The position numbers were made by a program, and so were the translations under genes. The notes beneath the pieces were generated by a model, which was given only the letters and a program-made list of their open reading frames with translations, did no database searches and was not told the origin of the DNA. From a virus (taxonomy: Duplodnaviria; Caudoviricetes), in IMG/VR virus record IMGVR_UViG_3300033153_010015, positions 1-61,577 of that record: DNA of 61,577 nt. One strand, 5' to 3'. This document shows, in pieces, positions 16,859-25,707 of this stretch. Each line of letters starts with the position of its first letter. Within the stretch, counting starts at the first letter, position 1.

Positions 16859-17060
16859 TGCTCTCAGGTAGTGAATTTGTATGCTGAGACTGCTCTCAGT
16901 GGAAAAATGGGAATCGCTCCAAAAGAGTTTGGCCGAGAAACACGAAAGTTTATCGGACCCTGTGGAAGAATACATATTTTAATAATTTATATAGAGTCTC
17001 TCTTATATAATCTAATCTAACATGGTTTTAACAAAAGTGGAAATTCACTACCTGAGAGCA
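16859..17060. repeat. Perfect 20-bp inverted repeat with a 162-bp spacer
   Basis: TGCTCTCAGGTAGTGAATTT (16859-16878) / AAATTCACTACCTGAGAGCA (17041-17060). Confidence 0.9.
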
Positions 17061-17550
17061 CTTGCCCTCCGACGGCATATCTCCGCCGTATGGCCACCAT
17101 CCTGAAGTGCGCGGGATACGCCGACTCAAATAGCTAAGTGCCTGGTAATGAACCACTTAGAGTTATACATATCATATATTATGCGACGTTAGGGAATCCG
17201 TAGGCAATAGACTTGATCAAGACCTAGGTGTGGGATCACTCATAGTAGCACGATGCGTGCCAGGAGGGAGGCATAGCATGAACCGTGCCAGAGAAACCGC
17301 TACGTGGAGCAAAGGAGTCAAGAGGGGTGGGAGCCTCCACAGAATATACCCAACTTTCCACAACAATACTTTTTATATTATCAAGATTCAGCACAATACT
17401 ATTTGTTCCCCGATCCCGCCGTACAGGCAATTACGGTATTCGAAATACTTATCATACTTATAGTACCTCTACCAATAATACCAGATCCCCAAATACCTTT
17501 CATACTTTTAGTTACTTTAAAGAAATACCATAAACTTATACAGAGCACCC

Positions 17551-17578
17551 TTGCACTTATCCCTTTTACGGTTACCTT
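17551..17578 (+). promoter_or_regulatory. Putative rightward promoter
   Basis: TTGCAC-N16-TACCTT upstream of GGAGG and ATG at 17620. Confidence 0.45.
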
Positions 17579-17619
17579 AGCCACTCACCTACAACGATAC
17601 TTCGATACGGAGGAACACG

Positions 17620-17829
17620 ATGACAAAACCCAACCCCAGACGATACTTCGGCAAAAGACGGCAGGCAACCTACGCCTGGACTGCAACGTGTGCTGGAGAC
17701 ACCCTCAGCGGCATAGGCAGGACACGCCTCCGAGGGGAAGGCGCCTTCGACGACCTCCTCAGCAGGCTCGAGCAATCCAATGGCGTCTACAGCGTAATCA
17801 TCACTTCATTAACCAGGATAAGGGGATAG
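17620..17829 (+). CDS. Hypothetical protein
   Basis: GGAGG RBS. Confidence 0.65.
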   Translation: MTKPNPRRYFGKRRQATYAWTATCAGDTLSGIGRTRLRGEGAFDDLLSRLEQSNGVYSVIITSLTRIRG

Positions 17830-17832
17830 CAC

Positions 17833-18039
17833 ATGACCTATTTCTTTTCGGCAATCATCTCCCCGAAGAACAAACCTGAAGCGGTCTGTGCGAGGGTAGA
17901 CGGCACCCTCAGGATGCACTGCAGCAGCAACCCCTACACTGAATGCAAGGCTGAGATCCGGAGGCTCATCGCAGAGGACGACCCTTCCTTGGATGCCGAA
18001 GAGTCGGTTATTCAGCTCGTGGCACTTAACAGAATCTAA
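17833..18039 (+). CDS. Hypothetical protein
   Basis: Tiled ORF. Confidence 0.6.
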   Translation: MTYFFSAIISPKNKPEAVCARVDGTLRMHCSSNPYTECKAEIRRLIAEDDPSLDAEESVIQLVALNRI

Positions 18040-18058
18040 ACGATACGGAGAAAACACG

Positions 18059-19267
18059 ATGGCTTACCCCACCAACCCGATCCCAGTACAGCCGGAAGGA
18101 TTCATACTCGTAGGACCTTTCGGTGCGGACCAGGCAGCAGAAGCAATCGTCCCTGAGGGCTCGAAGTTCCTCCTCCAGAATGGAAGCTGGTGGCCCTCCG
18201 ACAGCGTCGGCAGGAGGCCTGCGGCCAAAACACGCTACGCCGTACCAGTCGGAACGGGCATGTTCGCCGACGATCGGCTCAAAGAGCCCGCCGAGGAGCC
18301 CGCCAAGGAAACCCTGACCTTCGCCCAACTCAACCCTGATCTGCTGGAGGTACAGCACAACGGCAGGTTCCTCACCAGGCTGATCAGTGGACAGGTTCCC
18401 TACTCTTGGAAAGACGGCAGCACGGCAGCTCTTCGGAACCTTTGGCCTGATTGGTACCAGGAAGGGATCGATAATAAACTCGACGAGTTGAATAAGGTTC
18501 CGGAGCCCACGAAGCAGGAGGAACGCCTCAAGGAGGCTTTGAATGGGGCTACGCCCGAGGTGACCGAGAAGGGTTCGACCCTGCAGCCTGGGGGCTTTAG
18601 CGACCACTTCGACGCAGACTGCAGCGGAGACTTCGAAGCTCGTTGGTCCTCAACCGACCTCGACGGCCCGAAGCTGGTCAACTACGAGGATGCCTACTAC
18701 AAAGCAGCCGACCGGGTAATGGAGCAGGCTCGGAAGATCGAGCAGTTGAAGCTGACACCCAAGGTCGTTCCCTGCAAAGGCTGCGGGTGCGAACTCCTGA
18801 CCGAGAAGGACGAGCGGATCAAGGAGCTGGAAGAAACGGCCGAGCTCCTTAAAGCGGCCCTGGAGACGTCGAAAGAATCCTACCTCTCCATCCTGAAGGA
18901 TCAGAAGAAGTTCCTCGACCTCTTTGGCGAGTACAAGATGGAGCACCTTGAGACGATCATGGCCGCCATGCCAAGTCCGGAAGACTACGACCGAGCATCG
19001 ATAACCATGTACTACACCCTGGCCGAGGAGTACCTCTCTCCCGAGGAGATCACAGACGAGCTGGTAGCAAAGCACGGCCGGATCCCTGTAACGAGTTACG
19101 TGTACGGAGGCAAAGACCGCGAGGGCGGATTGCTCGTTGGTGCCTATAAAGACACGACCGACGTAATGGTGGCGGTAGTCCTGTCGCCGGATCTCGGTAG
19201 AACCGAACACGTATATGCTGGCACCATCAAGATTAAGAAATCCGACTTGCCGGGAGAGCCCTCATGA
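18059..19267 (+). CDS. Hypothetical multi-domain protein with a coiled coil
   Basis: GGAG RBS before ATG at 18059. Confidence 0.7.
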   Translation: MAYPTNPIPVQPEGFILVGPFGADQAAEAIVPEGSKFLLQNGSWWPSDSVGRRPAAKTRYAVPVGTGMFADDRLKEPAEEPAKETLTFAQLNPDLLEVQHNGRFLTRLISGQVPYSWKDGSTAALRNLWPDWYQEGIDNKLDELNKVPEPTKQEERLKEALNGATPEVTEKGSTLQPGGFSDHFDADCSGDFEARWSSTDLDGPKLVNYEDAYYKAADRVMEQARKIEQLKLTPKVVPCKGCGCELLTEKDERIKELEETAELLKAALETSKESYLSILKDQKKFLDLFGEYKMEHLETIMAAMPSPEDYDRASITMYYTLAEEYLSPEEITDELVAKHGRIPVTSYVYGGKDREGGLLVGAYKDTTDVMVAVVLSPDLGRTEHVYAGTIKIKKSDLPGEPS

Positions 19268-19458
19268 GTAAAGACCTCCCGTTGGAGGTAGGATCTCCAG
19301 AGTCATTCGGGTGGTTGACGACGGACTACAAGCAGGTGACTCCGGAGATCTTCTCGATAAAGTGCCCGGAATGTGCCGGCACGGGAGTGTTCCTACTTCC
19401 TGACGACGAGGGCGTTCCCTGTAATTATTGTAAGACGAAAGGAGAGGTCTTTGTATGA
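19264..19458 (+). CDS. Small Zn-finger protein
   Basis: CPECAGTG...CNYCKTKG. Confidence 0.65.
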   Translation: MSKDLPLEVGSPESFGWLTTDYKQVTPEIFSIKCPECAGTGVFLLPDDEGVPCNYCKTKGEVFV

Positions 19459-19715
19459 GTAAAGAGCAAATAACCTGCGGCGACTGCGGCTACGTCTACC
19501 ACGGCTGCACGGCCGTGGATCACTGCCCCAAGTGCGAGGAAGACGTTGCTCTCGAACAGCAGGTCAAGGTCCTCAAGGGGCAGAAAGCGAAGCTTGTAGA
19601 GGCGTTGGAAGAGATCGCAAGCACGAAGACGTTAGACGAGAACGACTACCACTACTGTGGAACTTGCGTGGACCTGGTGGCTACTGCATCAAGAACGCTC
19701 AAGGAGGTCGGGTAA
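19455..19715 (+). CDS. Small Zn-finger protein
   Basis: CGDCG..CPKC; ATGA coupling. Confidence 0.65.
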   Translation: MSKEQITCGDCGYVYHGCTAVDHCPKCEEDVALEQQVKVLKGQKAKLVEALEEIASTKTLDENDYHYCGTCVDLVATASRTLKEVG

Positions 19716-19972
19716 TGGACAAATACTTCGAGCTGATGGAGAAGATACGGGCCGGAGGTCAGGAGTTTATGAGGAAGTACGGGAGCGAGCCCAACGTCGT
19801 CGTGATCTACCCAAAGACCCTGTACGAGGCATGCGACTGCGCTCAAGCAGCAAACCTCTTCCGGAGCCAGGAGAGGGTAGTGAAAGGGCCTGTGATCCAA
19901 GGCCTCCGGGTCATTGAGTGCCCGCACCAGGAAGAAGGCACTGTGAGTGTGGGGGTGCTGCAGTGCCCGTAA
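19715..19972 (+). CDS. Hypothetical protein
   Basis: TAATG coupling; GGAGG RBS. Confidence 0.6.
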   Translation: MDKYFELMEKIRAGGQEFMRKYGSEPNVVVIYPKTLYEACDCAQAANLFRSQERVVKGPVIQGLRVIECPHQEEGTVSVGVLQCP

Positions 19973-20352
19973 ACCTCTCCGTACTCCTCGCAGCAATCGC
20001 CATGGTCGAGTCGGGCAACGACCCGAACGCCGTCGGCGACAAGCACCTCAAGAACCAAGCCTACGGCCGGTACCAGATACGCAAGCCGTACCTCGACGAC
20101 GTAAACCGCGTCCTGCACTCGGACTTCACGATGGACGACGTTCGCAAGCACGACGTAATCGGCAAGTGCGCCGTCCTGAACTACCTCCACTGGTGGGGGC
20201 AGAAATACACGAACAGGACGGGCCTGAAGCCGAGCTACGAAGTACTGGCCAGGATCCACAACGGAGGCCCCAGAGGCTACCAGAAGCAGAGCACCGTGGC
20301 CTACTGGTTCAAGGTGCGGAAACACCTAATTAAGGCGGGAGCGATCCAGTGA
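19963..20352 (+). CDS. Lysozyme / endolysin of i-type (destabilase-like) fold
   Basis: IAMVESG (catalytic Glu), GRYQI..PY..D and ARIHNGGPRG..YW. Confidence 0.8.
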   Translation: MPVNLSVLLAAIAMVESGNDPNAVGDKHLKNQAYGRYQIRKPYLDDVNRVLHSDFTMDDVRKHDVIGKCAVLNYLHWWGQKYTNRTGLKPSYEVLARIHNGGPRGYQKQSTVAYWFKVRKHLIKAGAIQ

Positions 20353-21131
20353 GCACCAAAGAAACAGCATACACCCTCGAAGCCCGGCAGCTGCACCGCC
20401 TACCCAACAAAGACTCGTATTCAAACGACGAGATGTTGGAGATAGCCACCTACTTCGCGGCCTACAGCCCCCGGCACATCAGCCTCGACGCCAAGAGCCG
20501 CACGGTGACGGTGACCGACCACAAGACTCGTTGCCGGCTGTCGGTCAGTCGCTGGCTGCATATGACGGTCAGGCACCAGCGCAAGACGTCCGGCAAGTTG
20601 ACGTTCGAGAACGGCACCCTCTCCCCTCTTGGGGAGTACCAGTACTTGGCCATCGTCAGACTCGGGGGCGGCAGAGGCCAGCCAAAGTACCGGCAGCCGA
20701 TCCACAAGTGGGTTCTGAAGGATCTGTACCCGAAGTCCCGCCGGCAGGTGGTATTCGTCGACGGAGATCACCACAACCTGGTCGAAGCGAACATCGTACC
20801 TCGGCCATATAGCAGCTTCTTCCCCGGACTGCGGATGCACGCCACCGTGTTCCCTGTGCGAAAGTTCTGGGACTGCGCTGACTATGTAACAGGTCAGGCC
20901 ATTCAGGGCGAGAACGAGAGAGGTTTATATCAAGCCCTCGCCAACGAGAAAGTAACACTCAGGCCTACCAAGAAGGTAACAGGAGAGGCGCTAATCGACG
21001 TAGAGCTGGAGTGGTGGAGGCTCGGCGAACGAGCCAAGGTACTCGACGCCATCCACGACACCGATCGAGGCGTCGACGGATGGTTCACAGACAACGGACG
21101 GCAGGCACACGGCCTGGCGCCGATTAACTAA
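20349..21131 (+). CDS. HNH-like protein (degenerate)
   Basis: IHKWVL...VVFVDGDHHNL..AN resembles HNH_3 with the first His missing. Confidence 0.5.
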   Translation: MSTKETAYTLEARQLHRLPNKDSYSNDEMLEIATYFAAYSPRHISLDAKSRTVTVTDHKTRCRLSVSRWLHMTVRHQRKTSGKLTFENGTLSPLGEYQYLAIVRLGGGRGQPKYRQPIHKWVLKDLYPKSRRQVVFVDGDHHNLVEANIVPRPYSSFFPGLRMHATVFPVRKFWDCADYVTGQAIQGENERGLYQALANEKVTLRPTKKVTGEALIDVELEWWRLGERAKVLDAIHDTDRGVDGWFTDNGRQAHGLAPIN

Positions 21132-21149
21132 CAACGAGAAGGAAGACCA

Positions 21150-21743
21150 ATGGCACAGATGAGAATCAACAACGCAATGCGCGAACGGGCGGCATTTGCC
21201 GTAGTAGTCGAGAAATTCGAACAGAAGCACAAAGCGGCCTTGGAGGGGATCCGAAAGGAGGCGCGTGACCGACACGAAAGACTCCTGGGAAACTGGACAA
21301 ACATCATCGAGAAAAACGAGGCGCAGAGGTTCGTCTCGCACACCAGCACTACACACGTGGAGTTGCCAATCAATTACACGTACAAAGGCCTCACGGGCAT
21401 ACGTGCCAAGAAACTTCCCGGATATTATATCCATCTCCAGGTAGAGCTGGATCGACCTCTTGCAACTGCAACCAACATGCGGGAGCTGTCCAAAGACCTT
21501 CGGCGTATAAACCTGGATGCCCGCATCGCTGAATTCATCAGCCTGGACAAGCAGGCCCGCGAGTGCTACACCAACGTCCTCAGCTTCCTCAAGCAGTTCC
21601 GGACCTACGAACGGGCGCAGGAAGAGTGGCAGGACCTCGGACGCTACCTGCCGCGCACGGAGCCGGAAGCCAAGGGCAAGAAGACTGAGACCGCTCTGAT
21701 CCTTTCCGGGCAGTCCCTGAACAAGTACCTCAAGAACGTTTAA
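21150..21743 (+). CDS. Nmad5-like (nucleotide modification associated domain 5) protein
   Basis: ~200 aa; C-terminal LKQFRTYERAQEEWQDLGRYLP resembles the Nmad5 T.k.l.e.WPe..lP pattern. Confidence 0.55.
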   Translation: MAQMRINNAMRERAAFAVVVEKFEQKHKAALEGIRKEARDRHERLLGNWTNIIEKNEAQRFVSHTSTTHVELPINYTYKGLTGIRAKKLPGYYIHLQVELDRPLATATNMRELSKDLRRINLDARIAEFISLDKQARECYTNVLSFLKQFRTYERAQEEWQDLGRYLPRTEPEAKGKKTETALILSGQSLNKYLKNV

Positions 21744-21761
21744 CTGAGAAGGGCAGCAAAC

Positions 21762-22481
21762 ATGATCCACGCAAGACAAGATTACAACGAACGAGTTCAA
21801 GACAGCGCTAACCTGATCCCAGACGATGAGCCTGTAGTGCTCCTCCGAGGGCAAGACGCCTTGGCGATCGAGGCAATTCGGGTCTACGCAAACCTCTGCC
21901 GAATGAACCAAGCCCCTGATGTTGCAGCAAAGATGGAAGCCCATCTGAAGCTCATGGAAGAGTGGCCGAAGAAGAAGATACCGGACCTGCCGGCAAGTGA
22001 GTCCGAGGAAGACTGCCCCAGCAAGTGCGCCAACTGCGAGGACGTGCTCAGAGAGTGCTGTAATTGCGGCTACCGATGGTGCTTTAATGAGGGGTGTTCC
22101 CAATACGACGGAGACGAGTGGTGCGATCAGTGCAGCTCCCTGGCCACTGACCAGATCAAGGATCTGGAGGAGGACATGAAGAAAACAGACGAGCGTGCGA
22201 CGACACAAGGCAAACAGGTCGACCTCCCCGTGGCCCTGCAACTGTTGAGCACCTCGTTCCACAACATCCGTGAGAACCGCCTCCGCCAGAAGCAGGCTGC
22301 AGGCTACAGGGGCTGGGACGACCCACACATGATCCCCAAGCTGGAGAGTGCACTGATAGATGGCGTGCAATGCCTGTGCGATCACGACGACCACGTGCAG
22401 GACATCGACATCGCCAACCTGGCCATGATGATTGGGGCCATGAAGCGTGTGGAGGATCCTGAATATGGAAATAAAGAGTAA
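21762..22481 (+). CDS. Composite protein with a C-terminal MazG-like / all-alpha NTP pyrophosphatase-like domain
   Basis: PDDEPVVLLRGQD N-terminal domain, Cys-rich middle, GYRGW...DIANLAMM C-terminal domain. Confidence 0.5.
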   Translation: MIHARQDYNERVQDSANLIPDDEPVVLLRGQDALAIEAIRVYANLCRMNQAPDVAAKMEAHLKLMEEWPKKKIPDLPASESEEDCPSKCANCEDVLRECCNCGYRWCFNEGCSQYDGDEWCDQCSSLATDQIKDLEEDMKKTDERATTQGKQVDLPVALQLLSTSFHNIRENRLRQKQAAGYRGWDDPHMIPKLESALIDGVQCLCDHDDHVQDIDIANLAMMIGAMKRVEDPEYGNKE

Positions 22482-23025
22482 GCAGCTCGGCAAAGAGCTC
22501 TACTCCTCCGGGTTCTTCGGAAATACCCTGCGCAACTGGGCGTCTCCGGAGGACCTGAACAAGGAGTTGCAGGAAGGCAAGAACCCTCCTGTGAAGCTGG
22601 TCCTGAGGCAGGCAATGGTCCAAGGCGGAGGCATCTGCGTCTACGACCTTGAGCCTAACGAGGCCATCAACCAATACGTCTGCCTCCAGGAGCATGGACA
22701 GCAGCATCTGTACCTGTCCGAGCAGTTGCCGGGGCAGCCGGGTAACATCGTGTTTCAGGGAGAGTATTGCTTGGGGTCTGACGGGGAGTTCCTTCGGGCA
22801 TCGACCGTCAAGGACTTCCACAGACCGGCCATGGTCATGGCCGAGGAGTTCAAGTACGCGGCATGCCGGCCGGTTCTGAACCACTACTTGGACTCAGGGT
22901 CGTATCAGCGTCTGATGGACCTCGCAGAGGCCTTCCCGGACCACGTAATCGAGTTCACGCTCTGCAACGAGAGTGTGGGCAGTGAAAGCAAGCCCATGAT
23001 CGTATGGGAAGTAAGGAAATACTAG
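22465..23025 (+). CDS. Hypothetical protein
   Basis: Tiled ORF directly before thyA. Confidence 0.65.
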   Translation: MEIKSKQLGKELYSSGFFGNTLRNWASPEDLNKELQEGKNPPVKLVLRQAMVQGGGICVYDLEPNEAINQYVCLQEHGQQHLYLSEQLPGQPGNIVFQGEYCLGSDGEFLRASTVKDFHRPAMVMAEEFKYAACRPVLNHYLDSGSYQRLMDLAEAFPDHVIEFTLCNESVGSESKPMIVWEVRKY

Positions 23026-23026
23026 C

Positions 23027-23857
23027 ATGAAAGCATACCTCGACATTCTGAAACACGTACTCCAGAACGGAGAACGCAAAGAAAACCGGACGGGGATCGA
23101 TACCCTCGTCGTTCCGCCCCAGATGCTCACCTGCGACCTGCGCGACGGCTTCCCACTCCTGACAACAAAGAAGATGGCCAAGAAGTCCATGCTCGTGGAA
23201 CTGGAGGGCTTCATCGGCGGGATCACCGACAAGCGGTGGTACCAAGAGCGTGGCTGCAATATCTGGAATGAGTGGTCGAATCCGACCAACAACCTCGACA
23301 ACGACCTCGGCCCTATCTATGGGCACCAGTGGAGGAGGTTCGGACACACCCTACCTTCCATGTGCAAGCAGAATCCTCTGCTCCGACCGGAAGATCAGTT
23401 GGCAACAATCATAAACTCACTGAAGACTAATCCCAACGACCGGCGCATGGTCTGCATGGCTTGGAATCCTACGCAGAATGCTGAGATGGCCCTTCCCCCC
23501 TGCCACCTCGGCTTCGTCCTCCAGCATATCAACGGCGTCTTGCATCTGGCGCAGATCCAGCGCAGCTGCGATATGTTCCTCGGCGTCCCGTTCAACTTGG
23601 CCAGCTACGCCATGCTCCTGACCCTTCTGGCCAAAGAAGCAGGCATGGCAGCAGGCACGTTGAACATCCAACTGGTCGACTGCCACGTCTACGTCAACCA
23701 CTTGGATCAGTGCCACGAGCAGTTGAGTCGCACGGAGCGTCCACTCCCTGAAGCACTTATCGGCGACTGGTCAAGTATCTGGGATTGGACCCATAAAGAT
23801 GTGATCTTCTCAGGATACGACCCACATCCTCCGATCAAAGGAAAGGTGGCTGTTTAG
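23027..23857 (+). CDS. thyA: Thymidylate synthase
   Basis: RTGIDT, FPLLTTKK, LGPIYGHQWR, MALPPCH and QRSCDMFLGVPFN. Confidence 0.97.
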   Translation: MKAYLDILKHVLQNGERKENRTGIDTLVVPPQMLTCDLRDGFPLLTTKKMAKKSMLVELEGFIGGITDKRWYQERGCNIWNEWSNPTNNLDNDLGPIYGHQWRRFGHTLPSMCKQNPLLRPEDQLATIINSLKTNPNDRRMVCMAWNPTQNAEMALPPCHLGFVLQHINGVLHLAQIQRSCDMFLGVPFNLASYAMLLTLLAKEAGMAAGTLNIQLVDCHVYVNHLDQCHEQLSRTERPLPEALIGDWSSIWDWTHKDVIFSGYDPHPPIKGKVAV

Positions 23858-23864
23858 CTGCCTC

Positions 23865-23893
23865 TGGACTGATCGGGTATTAGCTGCTATATT
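23865..23893 (+). promoter_or_regulatory. Putative promoter (likely gives a leaderless mRNA)
   Basis: TGGACT-N17-TATATT; ATG starts 6 nt after the -10 box and there is no SD. Confidence 0.4.
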
Positions 23894-23898
23894 CTACA

Positions 23899-25074
23899 AT
23901 GAACGCAGCAGTGGCAAAAAGAGATCTATACCAGATTTTTAAGCGAGATCGCCGCCTCAGAAATGAGGCGGTTGATCCTGTTATGGACCTGCAGCTGCAT
24001 GAACTGGCAGACCCCGGCTCCGTTGTAAAGAAGATCAACGGGCACGCCCAAAATACGCCCACTCCAGAGTGCGTCCCGTCGAAAGAGCGCCACGAAGCGG
24101 TAGAGATGCTTACTGGATTTGGAGACTTCGACCCTTCCGTCGCCGTGACCGATCCTAGGGAGGCGGAGAATCAGCGCCGAAAGCTGCTGGAGCTCAAAGC
24201 AGCACGCATGCAGGCCCGGATGAACACTGAAATCACCGTCGGGCAGACTACCGCCTACAGAACCCTGTGCGTCTACCGCATAATCCGGGAGCTGGCACGC
24301 ATAAAATCGTGCATCAGCCCCGACGAGATCCTTGCAGACGTCGATTTTTGGAACGATCCACCCCCGATGCCGGTCACCGTGGCCCCCGAGCCCATGTACA
24401 AGGCACGGTACCAGGTCATCCAGCCCGTCCGGGCCATGATCCTGGAGTTTGAGCAGCACCTTGGCCGACCGATCCCCTTCGAGCCCCCTAAAGACGATGA
24501 GGAGGCCTGCAAGTACTTCTGCTACGTCATGGAGGAGGTATCCAACAGCCTGTACGTGGAGCGGGGCTCAACGATGATGCCCGATTACGGTATATTTGGC
24601 ACGAAAGGGCTCTTCGACCACCGCACAGCACATCTGGTGTGGCCCTCCCGGCACGAGTTGATCTCCACCGAAGAGCTCCTCATCGAGGAAGTGCTGAGGA
24701 AGTTCACACAAGACGGAGACAGGGCGTCCAAGGGCCGACTTATCAGCAAGTACGGCCTCCTGCGCCACGAAGCCATCGAAATACAGCATTTGACGTTCTC
24801 CTACAGTAAGAATATGATCAGTTCTGACCTCGAGCTGGTGCGTACCAAGGTCCTCATGGGCCTCCAGCACACGGTCGACGAGAGCCTGCTGGTAGGCGAC
24901 GTCAGGGCGCAGATCACGGCATTGACGCAGATAGCCAAGATCTCAGGCCTCTTGGAGGATCATGAAGACGACTTCAATGAGGAGATGAGCCGCACCCTCC
25001 GCGATATGCGTGGCAAAGTGTTCAAGAAGCCTCAGAAGCCGGAAATCCCAATCAGATCAGTAGAGGTAGAGTGA
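23899..25074 (+). CDS. Hypothetical protein, terminase small subunit candidate
   Basis: C-terminal GDVRAQITALTQIAKISGL resembles TerS oligomerisation helices. Confidence 0.4.
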   Translation: MNAAVAKRDLYQIFKRDRRLRNEAVDPVMDLQLHELADPGSVVKKINGHAQNTPTPECVPSKERHEAVEMLTGFGDFDPSVAVTDPREAENQRRKLLELKAARMQARMNTEITVGQTTAYRTLCVYRIIRELARIKSCISPDEILADVDFWNDPPPMPVTVAPEPMYKARYQVIQPVRAMILEFEQHLGRPIPFEPPKDDEEACKYFCYVMEEVSNSLYVERGSTMMPDYGIFGTKGLFDHRTAHLVWPSRHELISTEELLIEEVLRKFTQDGDRASKGRLISKYGLLRHEAIEIQHLTFSYSKNMISSDLELVRTKVLMGLQHTVDESLLVGDVRAQITALTQIAKISGLLEDHEDDFNEEMSRTLRDMRGKVFKKPQKPEIPIRSVEVE

Positions 25075-25682
25075 TGAAGTCGGTTGACATTCAGGCAAAT
25101 ACGTATAGAGTAGTGACCACACGTACCCGTATCGTAGCCGCCCTTTTAGGGGCGGCCTTTCTATTTGGGTGTAAAGAGGTCTCATTACCAGATATCTCCG
25201 GAGACAGCTTCAAGTTGCCTCCTAAGGTGCGCGCCTTTCCTGCACCGCCAGCAGAAGATCCGAAATACCCGAGGTACGACCCGTACCAGCCCCTGTACCA
25301 GGGAAACAGGTTCTGGAGGGACCGGAAGAGTGCCCCTCCGACAAAGAAAATCGACTGGAGGGAGCAGCACAAGATCGAGCTCAGCAACCTGGGGTTCGAT
25401 ATGCTCAAGTGGGGAGCCGTCGGGGCCGTCTTAGGCATAGCCTTCTGCCTTTCAGTTCAGAACGAATTAGCGGACGCTGCAGGGGCCTTCGTGGCCGCGG
25501 CAGGACTCATATCGATCGGCTTCGGTATGGGCTTCCTGTGGATCACGGAAATCTGGCAGTGGATGGTCTACGCGGCGACAGCAGGTGCAACCATCTGGCT
25601 GGTCATGAGATTCCGAGGCAGGGGACTGAAGTTTCGAAAGCCGAAACCTTCTTGCAAAATACCCCCTGAACCTGTAGAGTAA
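25071..25682 (+). CDS. Lipoprotein with C-terminal transmembrane helices (possible unimolecular spanin / lysis protein)
   Basis: Lipobox LFGC after a hydrophobic stretch; three C-terminal hydrophobic helices. Confidence 0.5.
   Translation: MMKSVDIQANTYRVVTTRTRIVAALLGAAFLFGCKEVSLPDISGDSFKLPPKVRAFPAPPAEDPKYPRYDPYQPLYQGNRFWRDRKSAPPTKKIDWREQHKIELSNLGFDMLKWGAVGAVLGIAFCLSVQNELADAAGAFVAAAGLISIGFGMGFLWITEIWQWMVYAATAGATIWLVMRFRGRGLKFRKPKPSCKIPPEPVE
25652..25680 (+). promoter_or_regulatory. Putative promoter for the tail-tip operon
   Basis: TTGCAA-N17-TAGAGT. Confidence 0.55.
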
Positions 25683-25707
25683 CGCAGGTAAAATCAAGGA
25701 GAAAACG

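Larger units (their letters stand above)
16660..17600. other. AT-rich divergent non-coding region: candidate replication origin, packaging site or control region
   Basis: Markedly AT-richer than the coding regions; strand switch point; contains inverted and direct repeats. Confidence 0.6.

Noticed and set aside
20991-22493. Long antisense ORFs (500 aa here; also 39150-40712, 42505-43752, 45298-46584, 46538-47641)
   Set aside because: These are shadow frames of real genes caused by GC-rich codon bias, with no motifs or RBS.
23027-23857. dCMP hydroxymethylase instead of ThyA
   Set aside because: It retains the dUMP-specific Asn (VPFN) and the full canonical ThyA motifs.
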